A stretch of DNA of 64,000 nt from Rhizophagus irregularis (GCF_026210795.1 NC_089436.1:1736001-1800000); one strand, 5' to 3'; positions 13,607 through 27,975 are shown, counted from the first letter of the stretch. Numbers and translations: made by a program. Notes: a model not told the origin generated them from the letters alone.

Positions 13607-15222
13607 ATGGACGAGCCAACGCCAAGTTTAGAGGAACTTGAAGAGCAGACTTTTATCACTAAAGAGTATATAGAAGAAAAAATAATTCCTGGTTTTACAG
13701 ACGCATATCGTCATGGTTTTGATGAAGATGAATCAACGATGATACCTTCCTATGTTTGTCGATTGCCAACTGGTATGGAAACTGGTACATATCTTTCATT
13801 GGACTTAGGTGGGACTAATTTGCGCGTGGCAGCTGTTACATTAGTTGGTGATGGTAAAACTGATATTGAACAAAAACAGTTCGTCATTCCTGAGGAATTA
13901 AAAACCGTTCCTGTTGAAACTTTGTTCGATTGGGTCGCCGATTGTGCTAAAGATTTATTGATTAAGATTAAATCTCTTGAAAAAGAGATGTATATGGGGG
14001 TGTCTTTTAGTTTTCCAATCAAGTGAGTGTCAAAAATGGTTTCTTTCGCAATTTGAATCCGCAAATTATGTATAATTTATTTTTCACCGCTAATATTATA
14101 AAGACAAACTGATATCAATAAAGGTGTGGCAATGAAGATGGGTAAGGGATTTGATATTCCCGGCTTGGTGAATAATGATGTTGTTGAACTTTTAAATGAT
14201 GCTTTCGTTCGTAAGGTAGATTCACAGATAGTTATTCTTTTAATTACTTTTTTTTTTAAAAAAAAAGAGATATTAATTCTTTTCTTATTGCTCATAGAAA
14301 ATAAATATACACATTGTGGCTATAGTTAATGATACAGTTGGATCACTTGTAGCATATGCTTACAGAGATCAAAATACGATTGCATCTATGATCATAGGAA
14401 CAGGAACAAATGCAGCGTGTATCTGCGAAACAAGTGAAATTAAGAAACAAAATTTTCCTCCAGATTCTCCTCAGTATATGATAGTTAATAATGAGATAAG
14501 CTTAATGGGAGCAGATTTTTTACCAAAAAAAACAAAATATGATAAAATACTTGATTCACAAAGTTCTATACCGGGATTTCAACCTTTTGAAAAAATGGTC
14601 AGCGGGCGTTACATAGGTGAATTAGTTAGATTGGCCATTGTCGATTACGTTAAAAATTGTAATTTATTTGACGGGAAATTACCTGGAAAAATGGAAATTC
14701 CTTATAGTTTTTCTACTGTCCACATGTCAGAAATTGAAAGGTATAACAAAAACGAAAAAAAAACAAATTGTTTGCACATTAAATATATTAAATACAATTT
14801 ATTAACATTTTTTTTCTCTCTTTTTATTCAGTGACCGTACTTATAATTCAGCAAATATTTTAAAATCACTAACCCAAAATTTTAAATTTTCCGAAGATAA
14901 TACACCAACGGTCGGAGACATGCGTACAGTTCAAGAACTTGTGAGAAAATTTTCACGTAGATCAGCACATTTGGCAGTGGCGGCTGTCGCATCATTAATT
15001 AAACTACAATGTGGAACATATAAAAACATAGAAAGAGAGGTTAGAATAGCAATTGATGGATCAATTTATAATAGTTATTATAAATATTCTTCTTCAATGA
15101 GCAAACTTCTTAAAGAAATACAAGAATCTGGAGAGGATAAAAAAGTAAAAATAGTTTCAGTTAAAAACGGTGGTATTATTGGTGCTGCTGTAACTGCTAT
15201 GATGTACTCTCCCCATCCATAA
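13607..15222 (+). CDS. Hexokinase-family kinase, probably GlcNAc-kinase-like clade (4 exons)
   Basis: LSLDLGGTNLRV, SFSFP, IVNDTVGSL, IIGTGTNA, FEKMVSGRYIGELVR, IAIDGS and NGGIIGAAV motifs. Introns begin at about 14023, 14216 and 14741. Confidence 0.93.
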
Positions 15223-15506
15223 CAAGTTTTTAAAAGAGATTAAATAAAGATGTTTTCTCAAGAAAAAGAGAGCAAAGAATGTTTCAAGCCTTTGCAGGTA
15301 TGTATAATGAATTTAAGTTAGTTTATTTTATTTTATGTGTTTTTTTATTTCTATTTCTATTTCTATTTTTTATTTTATTTTATTTTATTTGGTCATTTTT
15401 AGGAACTTTAGAATTTTTGGTTTTTATTTTTTTTTACGAAAAACTTTTTTATTTTTATTAATTAGGATAATTATTGAAAGTGTAATAAATAAAAATAAAT
15501 TATTGT

Positions 15507-17065
15507 TTATACATTTTCATCATCAGTATCTTGATCGAGTAATGGATCATCTTTATATTCAAATTCAATTGGCTCGACTTCATAATCCACTATAAAAAAA
15601 AGAAAAATTAAATTAAGAAATATGGTAATATAAAGAATAGTTAAAGACTCAAAAATACTTGCAATAAACTTTAAGTTTCTTTCCAAAATTCCTTTGACAT
15701 AGGTAAACATTAAAAATTGAAAGCAATAGGATGAGTATAGATACCATTCCCATGATAAAGGATAATTGATAAAGAGGTGACCAACGAATTTGATTTGTGA
15801 AATCACACTTTTTTATAATAGAATCAGTTCCGATATAATTTGAAGGGATTAAACATGTCGGAACCGTATTTAAAAATATTATTACACATAGAGCAATATT
15901 AAGAATGTAGTAAACAGAAATCTTTAATCTAGATTCTTTTTGAACCTGTTAAAAAAGAATATTTGTTTTTTTAAATATATTATGTGAGTATTTTAAGATT
16001 ATTGATATTATTAAAGAAAAACATAGGTTCATTATTTACTTACACCTTTTTTAATTATAATTATCTTTACGATAAAGAGAATAAGAGAATAAGGTATAAT
16101 GTCAAAAAATTGATTGGTAAACAATGTATTTCGATAATTCATGTAAGTATTTCTTGTTCTATAGAACCAATTTATTGATATCCAATATCCGATTATTATT
16201 ACATTTGAATGAATTAATGATATTACATAAATATAATGTGTAAACATTCCTAAAATAAAAAGAGGATTATTAGATGAGATATGAGATATGAGACTGAAAC
16301 GCGTAAAATCATGATCATACGTTTTATTTCTTCACGTGTTGTTAGGGCGAATTTAGGTAAAAATTTCCAATATCTATTTAATGTCACATTAGATCGGCGA
16401 GATTATATGATTTTTAAAAGTACGGTAACTTACCTCTTTTGCCATAATAAAGCTACAATAATCATGAATGTAACTTGAAAAATACATAGAATGATAAGTC
16501 CGATAAGTTCATTCTCATTTACATCATAATTATTCTTTATTCCAATATTATCTAATCAATTTAAAAAAATTACATTAATTTTTTATTTTTTTTATATAAA
16601 AAAAAAGAGAGATATTAATGAGAATTTACTTTGATAATCGTTGATGCAATCATTATATAAAGTTTTAAATTCTTCACAATATTCGCTTAAATTATGATCA
16701 AATACCATGTTTAAAATAGTACATAATATTGGTATCACCGTTACGATACAAAATAGAATAGCACGTATTAATGTTCTCGCACTAAACTTTGATTCGATAT
16801 TTATAATTAATTATGGATCAATAATATTAATATCGTATATATACATATATCATAAATTGCTTACAGTGAGACAACCAGATAAAACGACGAATGGAATAAG
16901 AAAAATAATTGGTACGCTTAAAATCGTAACTCCCCCGAATAATAAAAATATTATGTATATACAAAGTGTTATTAAAAATATCTTTTCTAATAAATTATAC
17001 GAATTTATCCATTTTATAATTTCAACGATTTCATTATTATTATTAATCTTAATTTTCTTTTTCAT
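15507..17065 (-). CDS. Multi-exon polytopic membrane protein of unknown function
   Basis: Chain of hydrophobic exons (ORFs 16850-17065 and 16032-16247, exon VQKESRLKISVYYILNIALC...) bounded by splice signals, with an acidic C-terminus DYEVEPIEFEYKDDPLLDQDTDDENV. Exon model only partly resolved. Confidence 0.65.
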
Positions 17066-17271
17066 CGTGTAAAAATTTTTTTAACTAAAGAAAAGGCCTT
17101 TAAAGTGGAAAGTTCTCAATTTATATAATAAGAAATTCATTATACAATGGAAAGTCCTTTGCAAATCATCTCATTGTTAAAATATGTATTATGGTCATAA
17201 CCTGCATACTACATAACATAATAAATTTCAACGTTTCAATTCACTCACCTTTCAAATCGAAATCATTCATA

Positions 17272-18970
17272 ATGTTCGTATTTGATTCAATATTTAATAC
17301 TAAAACTACAGAACCATTTTGGTTTAAAACGATAAGAGTTATAATTAGTTTTATATTGGCAACAATATTAGTAATATATGCAGTAAATCTAATTGGAGAA
17401 TTTTTAATAAGAGTTGATACTCCCGAAGTGTTAACATTTCAACAAAAATTATATTATAGTGTTCCATCTATGAAATTTTGTTTAAAAAGAAAACAAGTTC
17501 CATATGGAGATATTGAAAGTACTCAAATATTAAATCCGATACAATGTAAATGCCAAACTCCAAATTCTATTTCAACTTGTTCTTGTTATAATTTAGAACA
17601 AGAGTCGAGACAATGCCAAATATATAAACAAATTGGAAGTTCTTATAATACATTATGGTTTACTATCGATGGTGTTGATACTTCTTTTAACCAAGTTACA
17701 CCTGATTCTTCATATTTGATGACCACTCTTCTTACAATTGATATTGATGAATTTAGTTTACAAAATGATTTATTTATGAAAGATCGTAATAATGATTCTA
17801 TTAAAGTCAACTCACTAAATGTTCCAACAATATATTTAACAGGTGGTCAGTGGTTATTATTAGAATATTCCATCATTGTGAGATCATCTTATTATAATCA
17901 ATTTTGGGGTCTAGTCGGTTTATTTCAAAGAAATGTACAAACTTTAAATATTGAGTGGCATAAAACTGATTTTCCCGATTTACCACAAAAAGATAGAATC
18001 GTTGTTGGTCTTAAAGGTAGATCAAATTCAACTAGATATGAAATAGAAAAATTTCAGTTAACTAGTAAGTAGTATCAAAATTGAAGTTGAAATGTTTTTT
18101 CGTGAGATTATTAAATTTTAAAAAAAAAAATTTTTCCTAAAGTGATGGGAAATATTGCGAATCTTGGTGGTTTTTATACAGCTTGTGCAGGAATTTTCTT
18201 TTATCTGTTCGGTAACCCAAAGTTATCTCCTTGGGGTATAACTCAAAAAGTTATATTTGTTTGTTGGCCTTGTAGGAGAAGTTTTCAAAGACAGCTTGCA
18301 AATCGTTATGTTTCGAGTGCTGGTATTCCATTTGGCGAAAAAGTTAAACAAATGCCTCCAAATTCTTCGATTGAGGAAAGGCTTCAAATAGTAGAAGTAA
18401 GTTAAAATAAATGTATTTGTCATAACTCTTCTGTAAAGTCAAAGTGTGAATTTTACTAACCATGTTTTTTAGATACTTTTGAAAGATTACTATATAGATA
18501 CATATTATATTGATCAATTAAAATTGATTAAACGGAAATATCGAAAGAAAATAAGAGATTATGAAGAATTAGAACAATTACCTCCTGAGGATGACTTGAC
18601 TTTGAACGATCAAGAATATGAAAATTCCCTTCCTACGCAAAGAAATTCTTTTATCGATAATGTTAATGATAGGGGACGAATCTATTCCAGATCTCACACT
18701 TCTTCTTATCATCAAAATATGGAAGGTTCTTTGGGTTCTAATACACCTTCAATGACTCAAATTGTTGAATCTCCCATTAGTGAGAATAATGACATTATTG
18801 ACATTGAGATAACAAAGAAAGATAAAGAAGGGAATAATGGTAATAATATAAAAAGGCAGACCAGATATTCGAGAAGTTTGGGAATTGATAATATTACACA
18901 TAATTCTGCAATTAATAGATCACCCAATAGATCACCTAGACGTAATACCTTATTAAATTTTGATGAATAG
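17272..18970 (+). CDS. Two-TM membrane protein with Cys-rich luminal loop (3 exons: 17272-18064, 18143-18396, 18473-18970)
   Basis: TM1 (IRVIISFILATILVIYAVNLIGEF), VPSMKFC, Cys cluster, TM2 (GNIANLGGFYTACAGIFFYLFG), LSPWG, ERLQIVE-ILLKDYYID. GT-AG introns restore one frame. Confidence 0.85.
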
Positions 18971-19308
18971 TTTTACACATTTTTTCATTTTTTACCAAAA
19001 AATATATCTCGTGTTATTGCATCATTCTTATCAAATATCACATATGCTATGTCAAAATTGACAAATTAAACTAGTATATGATATATATGATAACATTATT
19101 AATCAATTCTAACATCATTGATTATAGTTTACCATATTGATTTTCACATCACTAGTAGTTAATAAAAAAAAAACATTATTATAAATACTTAACGCCAAGT
19201 GTTATTCTAAATAATTAACTTGTGTATCAAATTTGTGCGGAACCTCGTAAATATTTTAATGTATTATTACTCAAACCATTAATAACATATTTATAATAAA
19301 AACAAATA

Positions 19309-19978
19309 ATGTACAGTAATACTACCATCATACATCATCAATTAGAAAGTTCTCCGGTAAAAGATACAAATGGTGTTTTACGAGATAAAAATTGCTCTTT
19401 GCAATGTACAAATATGGGATACTTGAAAATTTTGCCATTATTGCCAGTTAATACGGGCACGATACAAAGTAATACATCCTCGAGGCTTATAAGTTTAGAA
19501 AACGAGTTTAGAGACAAAGTGGCACACGAAGAGGATGGTCATAAAGGACTAATTCTCAATGATTGCAATAGGTAAATCATCTTAATTTATTGGTTCTATA
19601 TTTTTCGAGTAATTTAATTTTCTTGTATTCTTGTAATTTAGTTTACGAAAAAGTATAGATAATCAAAGTGAAGATACAGCATTTGAAGATGCTGTTGCAG
19701 AATTAAAAGAGATTATTTCCAATTCACGATATTTATCTTATGTTTTTCCCATTGGGATAGATTATATTGATGATGAACGAAGAGGTAATAACCGGCTAAT
19801 TATAATTTGTCTCTTATTAAACTTTAACTAATTTATTTAACTATAAATAGTGATAACGACTTCTCCCATATTAAGAGCTCCAAATCCAATTCCTTTTAAT
19901 AAACCATTTATGAATAATAATTACGATAAAATGATACATTTTCTTCCTCGATCAAATTCTGAATATTATGACATTTAA
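19309..19978 (+). CDS. Small hypothetical protein (3 exons)
   Basis: Introns 19572-19641 and ~19785-19850 (GTAAAT...TAG) give one open frame ending ...PILRAPNPIPFNKPFMNN...SEYYDI*. Confidence 0.7.
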
Positions 19979-20369
19979 AGATAGTGTGTTAAAACGGATC
20001 GATTTTCGTTCTAACCATTAAATTTTTTTTTTTTGCTTTTTGTTGCTAGAACCTTCATTTATAGTGTAAATATCGTACATATTTTAATTTTTCTACTTTT
20101 AACACTTAGATATATTACTAATTTTGCTAGACATTTATAATTTTTTTTTATTGTATAATAGATACAGTATATCTGTATATGTATAAAGTATAAACATGTA
20201 TAAACAATTCTTTTGCTGTATGTAAAAATGATAGCGTAGTTATGGATGGTCATTTTTTTTAGGAAAAAATAACAATCTCTTCGACATCATGATACAAATA
20301 AATATCGGTAAACTTATTATAAACAATTAAATAGTAATTTCTATTTTTTTTTTGTATGTTAATTATAAT

Positions 20370-20715
20370 CACATAAATCGAGGCAAAATGCGAGAAATAG
20401 TATAAATTGCATGGCATTTTTGGAAGGTAAAATACTTCAATATATTCATTGATAATCTAGTTTTACATTTTACTCTTGCGTCTTCTATACTTTCAAATGG
20501 TCTTGTTTACATGATTAATTTTTTGCCAATTTGATTAACTGTTCAAAAGAAGTGGTACCGATGTTTACCTTGGAATAGATAGACACAAAAGATTGGTCCA
20601 CAAGACCACAACGGACCTGTGCACACTCTACTAGCAAATAATCCAATTACTCTAGATCGTTTAATATTGCAGTTTTTCTGGCTGATCTAAAAGGAAGACA
20701 TCTCCGTATGGCAAA
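20370..20715 (-). pseudogene. Fragment of a Crinkler-like C-terminus with helix-hairpin-helix motif
   Basis: Frameshifted pieces PYGDVFLLD, GLFASRV, KVNIGTTSFEQL and RPFESIEDARVKCKTRLSMNILKYFTF. Homologous to 42290-42485. Family assignment from memory. Confidence 0.5.
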
Positions 20716-21249
20716 TTTAAATAGTATGGTACCCATTCCATTTATTGATTATATTTTTTTAACTAAAAAAAAAATACAAAACTATTACTAAAATTAAAGT
20801 TATTTAAACTTGTTTAAAAGAAATGACAAATTTCTGGCAAATACTATTACAACTGAATTTAAATAATATATCCATTAAGTAAATAATAATAAGTTAAATT
20901 TGAATTCTTTTAACATATCCTTTAAATTATTGCAGATTCTGGATTTTTTATATGTATCTGCCAGTTACTTCTCTAAAGCTATTAAATTCAAGAAAATAAT
21001 TCAATTCCAGTCTTTGGAGTAAACAATACTGTAAATAATCTTTTAAAAGATAGTAGAAATCATGAAAAAGCTTTGAAAGTTCTAAATAAGTGTACAGCTG
21101 ATCATTTTATAGTTTATAGAATAACCTAATGAGATATTCTGATGAATGATTTTTTAAGAAAGACTGAGAGCAGAAAATAAACTAGTATTAGTTTCAGGAA
21201 GTTCATGCAGAAGCATGTTTGAATGGCAATGTTCAATCATGATTTATAG

Positions 21250-23450
21250 CTTAATATTGCCAATCGACAAATAAACACATATTCTAAATTTCCACAATAT
21301 TATAAATTTACTAGTATTTTGAAATTTTGAAATTTTAAAAAGAAAAAAAATATATTGAAATTATTGTTAAATTATTTAAAAAAATTTTATATATTCTTTA
21401 ACTACTTTTTACAAAAATTATTAGCATTAAAAGAATTTAATTTTCAATGAAATTTTAAAATTATATATAACAATAATCATAATAATTAAATTATGGTATT
21501 ATTATATTACTGAAATAATTTTTTAATTTCAAACCAATATTAGTTTAGTATAATTTTAAAGTATACAAAAGTAATCAATTAAAACTTTGTAAAAAAAATT
21601 TTTTGCTAAAAAATATAATTAACTTTATATATTTAATATATTATATATATAAATTTAACTAAAATTATTGCTATAAGGTCAAAATTATTTAAGAATTTTT
21701 TTACATTTATTAAAATCCAGTAAAATTTTAATAAATTTCAGATAATTACATTTATATTACAAAATTAAAATTAATCTGAAAATTAAAAAATTATTTTAGT
21801 AACATATATATTATAACTAATAAAATTTTAAAATTTAATAATATGAATACATAATAATAATATATTATTAATAATTATATAATTACAAATATTATGTAAC
21901 AGGATAACTTATAAAATCTAAAAATATATAAATTAATATAACTTTTTATTTATTAATTTTAAAGTTATAATTTTATTACCATTAAATACACTTTAATAAA
22001 AGGAATCTAACAAATATAATTTCATTTTTCTATAATCACTAGATTTTAAGATATTTTAAAAATTCAAAAATTTTTAAAGTCCCTACAGTTTAAAGGATAT
22101 TAATAAATTTAAAATTTATATATTTTTTATCAAATTTTTCATAGTAAATATATTTTTTTTATAAATTATTTTTTATATAAAATAAAGTACTTTTTTATAA
22201 ATATTTATTTATACTAATTTAGTAAAAAAAGTTTAACTAAATATTAATAATTTTAGATGTATATGGTATATTTGTTTTTATTATAAATACTGTATATTAA
22301 AATATTTTTATCAGGTAGTAAATATCTGAATATTATATAAATATTTAATAGTTTTTTATTACATTTTAGATTAATAACTAATAATTATTTAAATTTAATA
22401 AAATTTATATTATTAAATTTAGTTTAATAATAGAAATTTAATAGTAATAATTATATATTTTTAGTTTTAATATTTACTGAAATATATGAAATAATTTTTA
22501 TAAAAAATATTTAGAATTTATACTAAAAATTATAATATATATAAAAGTTAAAGTTAGTATTTTAAACTCTTTTTAATTTTATAAGTAAAATTATAGAGTA
22601 GGTAAATATATATAAAATATATATGTTAAAGATTTTATAATAAGTATATAAAGTTTGCATTATATTTATTTAAAATAAAATTTATAATATGATATTCAGC
22701 AAATTTACTATATAATAATTTTCAAAAAAGAGGAGTATGCTATAATACTTCTATATAAAATTATTATTTTTTATAAAAAAATAAGTAATAATAATGGTTA
22801 TAATATAAATAATATTAATAGAATAAATTTGAATTAATAAAAAACAAAATGGTTTTATTTAACTTTATTAATAAAATTATTATTTATTATTATATTTAGT
22901 TTATATACAATTAGTACTTAATATCTGATATCTTAAAAATTATGTAACTGATTAGCAAATATATATTTATTATAAAAATACTTTTTTTTAATAATTAATC
23001 TAATTTTAATGTATTACATTATAATGAATTTTTATAGATTTTATCAAAAATCTTATTTTTTTTTAAATTTTTAGTTATAATTAAATTTAAATTTTATAGT
23101 CTTAATGCATTAATATTGATTAAGTAAATTTATAAATTATAATATTAAAAAAAATTTAAATTTTCAGGTCAATACTCAATGTTATACATTTTTTATTACA
23201 AATTTTTTAGTTATAATTAAATTTTAAATTTTATAGTTTTAATGCATTAATATTGATTAAGTAAATTAAAGTTATAATTGGAAAATAAAAAAAAATTTTA
23301 ATTAAAATTAATGAAAATTTGTTATTTTCAAAATATTTTGATATAAGTTTTATTGCAAATTATTATTTGTGATGTTGAAAAATAATTTTTCTGATATATC
23401 AAATTAGGACTAAGTATTAATAAAAGTAATGAGATTTTACTTATCAAGGT
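21250..23450. repeat. Extremely G/C-depleted block, probable terminally decayed transposon
   Basis: About 2.2 kb with very few G/C, no ORFs, and an internal ~65-bp duplication (about 23065-23130 and 23200-23267). Confidence 0.55.
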
Positions 23451-24329
23451 TCCAGTATATCGAATTTCACTGTGTATTTGAATAGGATGTAATTGCGTTA
23501 TTTTGGTAATTTTACAAATTATAAAATGTCCGATTAGTTTATGAAGTATTTCACATTTACTCGATCATTATTCTGACATATTATTACAATTTTATATAAT
23601 TAGCGGAATATTAATTGTTCAATTTTGCATATTATAAACGGATAATAAAATTCTCAAAAACAAGTTTCCTTTGAGAATGATATTTTTTTATATTTAATAA
23701 AAAATATCAACTAGTAGCTCAAAGAAACAATTTAATGATTATGATAAAGAGGACCGTTCCCTAAATCAATAGAGAGAAAAACACAAATTTTCAAAAAAAA
23801 ACAGCAATTACCAGAATACTAAAAAAAAAATCAATGTTACGTCATACTATCCAATATTATATACGAACAGTTAAAAACAAACATTGAATCCCCAAATATG
23901 CGAAATTAATAAAAAAAATTGTGGTGTTATCAAACAATGATTGTTGTAAAAATTCCCAACCCCAAAAAAACAATAAATAAATGTAATAATAAGAAATAAA
24001 ACCCATAATCATACCTAGTGTATATAATAAATTACTAAACTTGTATATTCTAGGCTCAAAAAAATTAAATAATAACCAAAGCATATATAATAAGATACTA
24101 AAAATTATAAATTAAGATTAAATAACAGCAGATTAAAGTATTAAGTACACGAATAATTCATTAAATAGATTTTTTTTTTTGATTTTTTTTTGATTTTTCT
24201 TTTTTTTTGCACAACCTAATTCTCATGTTCTTCATATCCAATAAATTATAATTTATCTATCATTATGAGTGAGCCAAGCACTCAAGACAAAAAGAAAAAA
24301 AATTGAAACTTCCAAGTCAACGGAGATCA

Positions 24330-26290
24330 TCAATAATATAAAGAATAATCTGTAAAATAATTTTCATAATCATTTTTATTATTTAATTTATCGGCAAATA
24401 AAAAATCCTCTTCGCGTTCATCAACTGGTGTAGTATAAAGCGGAGCACGAAAGTAGCTTGAGGGAGTTAAAGGCTTGTAATAATTGCTTTCATTATTATT
24501 AGCCCGAATGTTATTGTTAGCGCTAGAAGAGTTTGTGTAAGAACAAAAGCTAAAATATCCGTCGTTATTATTTGTTCTCGGTGGAGAATTTGAAGGGGTT
24601 AAAGGATAACTATTAAACTTTCCATTGCTAACATTATTATCAGATGACATCGCTCGATGTTGTTGTTGTTGACTTGTTATACTATGATTAAGGGATAGCG
24701 CTGGAGGATTTGAAAAAAGTGAAAACGTGGGAGCAGAAGCTGAAAGAGAAAAATTGCTACTTCCTGTGGGAGTAGTTGATGGAGGAGTAACATATCCAGA
24801 CTTTCTAATTGGAGTGCCGATAGGTTCTTGAGAATTTTGGAAACGTGGTGGTGGAACAGTGATTTTGTTAACAAAAGGAAATGAAGTTGTCTTCGCTCGT
24901 GTGGGAACAAGTGGAGGAGTTTTAATGTTCGACTTATATTTAGCTTCAGTTTCATCCAATGAAGAATCGCTATTAAAATATCGAAGGTTATGAGCGGCAA
25001 TTGCATTATCTAACTTTCTTTGTTGAATTTGAAGTAAAATGCGTTCTTCTTCAAGGATCTTTGCTTTTTCAATGAGTTCATCATCATCCAACAACGAATG
25101 TGGTTGTGCAAAAAGTGGTGTACTTGGAGATAAGTTAGAAGAAGGAGTAAGTGGATGAGGAGTAAATGGACCGTTGGAAAGTGGTGTTGAAGGATATCCT
25201 GGTGAATAATCATCCCATTCGTCTAAAATATTAAAAAAAAAACCAATTAATTATATATTACTGCGCCAAACATTTTTATTTGCTGACATTTTTCTTTTAA
25301 ATTTTACCGGAAAATCTGCTGTTATTAAAACCGTATCTTCCGCCGCAATTCTCTATATCTCTAAATTTCATCAATGCATCATCATTAGGACTTGAATCAT
25401 CAAAGTGATACAATGGGTGACGTAATGGAGAAAGCACATCATCGGTATTATCAAATCCATATGATCCATATGATCCATATGGAGTAAATGGAGTTGAGGG
25501 AGTTGAGGGAGTTGAAGGCAAACCATGAGTAGGATAAAATTTCATCGCAGATGGATTTCTGTTAAATGATAATCCTTGAATAGATGAAATACTTCGTTGA
25601 TGTTTTAGCATATTCCTATTGGGCTGCTGTGAATGCGTTGAGTGAGAATGCGATCTTTGATGAAACGTATTTATTACTGTTTCTTTAATTGAAGATAAAA
25701 TTGATCTATTAATACAAAAAAAAGAAGAAGAAGAAGAATAATAATAATAATAATAAATAGAGTACCATTAGTCCTTTTCTGTAAAGGTGCAGAGGGCACC
25801 CGTCCAGCAGGTCCTTGGAATCGATTATAAGCATTATTTTTGGAATATTCAAGCATTCTTGATACACATTTAATTTCTATTTATAATAAGATCCAAGATA
25901 AGAATAAATATTTATTTAAATTCAATGCAGATTTCATCAATTACTTACCATCAAATTGTGATCTAAAAGCACGTGCTTCGTCGTCATCTTGCGATTCTAC
26001 AAAGGAAAATAATTTTTTTTAAAAAAAAAAGATGACGATAAAATATTTTTTCAATAAAATCTTCTATTACCATGTGAGGCCTTAACATTCTGTTGCTGGA
26101 TTTTTTCGTTAGATGAAATTTCCTTTTCATCGGTAGAAGTGGGTAAATTTGTTGTCATGTTATTTTCCATATCATCAATCTTATTATTTTTTTGTTCTTC
26201 CAAGGAATCATTCGATTTGTTGATAGCAGAAACACCGTTCGCACAGCGAGTTGCTGAAGAATCATCAAATTCTTCTTGAAATGGGAACAT
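24330..26290 (-). CDS. Ser/Pro/Asn-rich, probably disordered hypothetical protein (multi-exon)
   Basis: Collinear minus-strand ORFs 26051-26290, 25674-25856, 25297-25611 and 24330-25094, separated by short AT-rich introns. Many SP/TP motifs and a short coiled coil (LIEKAKILEEERILLQIQQRKL). Confidence 0.8.
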
Positions 26291-27776
26291 TTTTCATGAA
26301 TATGTTTAATAAAAAAGGCTTTTTTTTTTACAAAAAAAGAGTAACTTTATAGTAAGGAAGAAAAAAATATATTTATTATTTTAGATTTAAAAAATTCTTT
26401 AAAAAGAAGATTTTGTGGTAAAAAAGTAATAGTTGATAAAATTTCGTATTTTTTTTTTCTTTTTTATTTTTTTTGTTATGTTTGAATATGTTTGTTCGTT
26501 CCTTCGTGGGATAATAAATTTTTCTTATTCCTTACTAAAAACAACTCTTTTTTTCCTTAAAAAAAGAGAGTTAAATTTTATTTTTTTTCCGAAAAATCGA
26601 GAAAAAAAAACTTAAAAGTTGGCCTTTTTCATGTATTAAACGTAAAGAAAAAAAGAGTCGAAAAACAATTCCGCAACGAATGCTTATGAGACAAAAGAGA
26701 GAAAGCGGAAAAAAAGGTAAAAAAAATTTAAACAACAAATTACACATATTTAAACAACTATGCAAATCCTAATGACTGTTTAACGGTAAAAAAAAGGATA
26801 AATTAGGCTAGAAGATTTATTTTTGTAGTTTGGATTTTATTTTTAGGGTTATGAAATGACATTGACAAAGTAAGTCATTCAACCTATTTTGTTAATAAAT
26901 ATAAATTATATTAAATCGGAAAATGGAACAAAAATGGAACCGATATCCGCGATATCGAATTTTATTAGATATGTTTAAATTTAATATAATCTTATTTCTG
27001 AAAACTGTGTAAATTTGAAAGATCAAAAAAAAAAAAAGAGAGATATAAAAATGAAATAAAGTATTACGTAACTGTTTTCTTATATTTAAAAGTTTGTTTT
27101 AATAAAGTTTTTTTGCTCCGAAATTTATGTAATTTAAATAAACATATGCTGCGCAGGATTTCCATTCATGCAATGTGAACCTTATAGTGCATTTAATATT
27201 TAAACAGAAGGATTTCCATTATGGATGTTCTGTTTAGTTTAATTTCGGAGAAATGTTTGTAAATTTATGAATAAACTTAGGTGATAGGTGACGTTTAACT
27301 AAGTCAGAAATAGAATAAAGTTTGATAACCGTCTAATCCTAAAACATATATTTCTTTTTTTTATAGATTTGTCAAATAATGAGATAAATAATGGTTCATA
27401 TGATTTATCATCAATAAATCTAAAATTCGAGTATTAGACTGATATATATATATATATATATTAAAAAGCATACGTTATTTGGTATTCTGAGATGATTTTC
27501 CCCCTAATTTTCATGATATTTTATATGATTCGTTTTCTCCCTTTTCATATGAAAATAATTTCACACGTGGCGCAGAGATTTGTATATTTATAGATGAAAC
27601 AGTTAAACCCGATGCAACCATTGAGTTTCAAAATTCTTATATTTGTTGCACGTAAAAAAAATATTATTTAATTTTTGATGTAAGCGTTGATGGAAATATT
27701 TTTTTATTATTATTTAAAGAGGACAAAGATGATGTTTTTATATAATAAATATTTCTTGATGTTAATGAAATAAATA

Positions 27777-27975
27777 CAACCAGACCTCTATAATTGCACT
27801 CTCCATAATTTACACCCATTTTGTATACCCTCTATAAATGCACTCTCCGGTTCGGTCCTGAGCTTATATGATCTCTAATTATTTTACCTCTATAAATGCA
27901 CACCCTCTCTAAGTGCACTATTTTGAAAATTATGCATATGGTCCCAAGGGGTGTGTAATTATGGAGGTCTGACTG
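27777..27975. mobile_element. Tc1/mariner (pogo-like) MITE, ~200 bp
   Basis: TIR CAACCAGACCTCTATAATT / CAGTCAGACCTCCATAATT, TA TSD, internal CTCTATAAATGCAC repeats. Confidence 0.82.
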
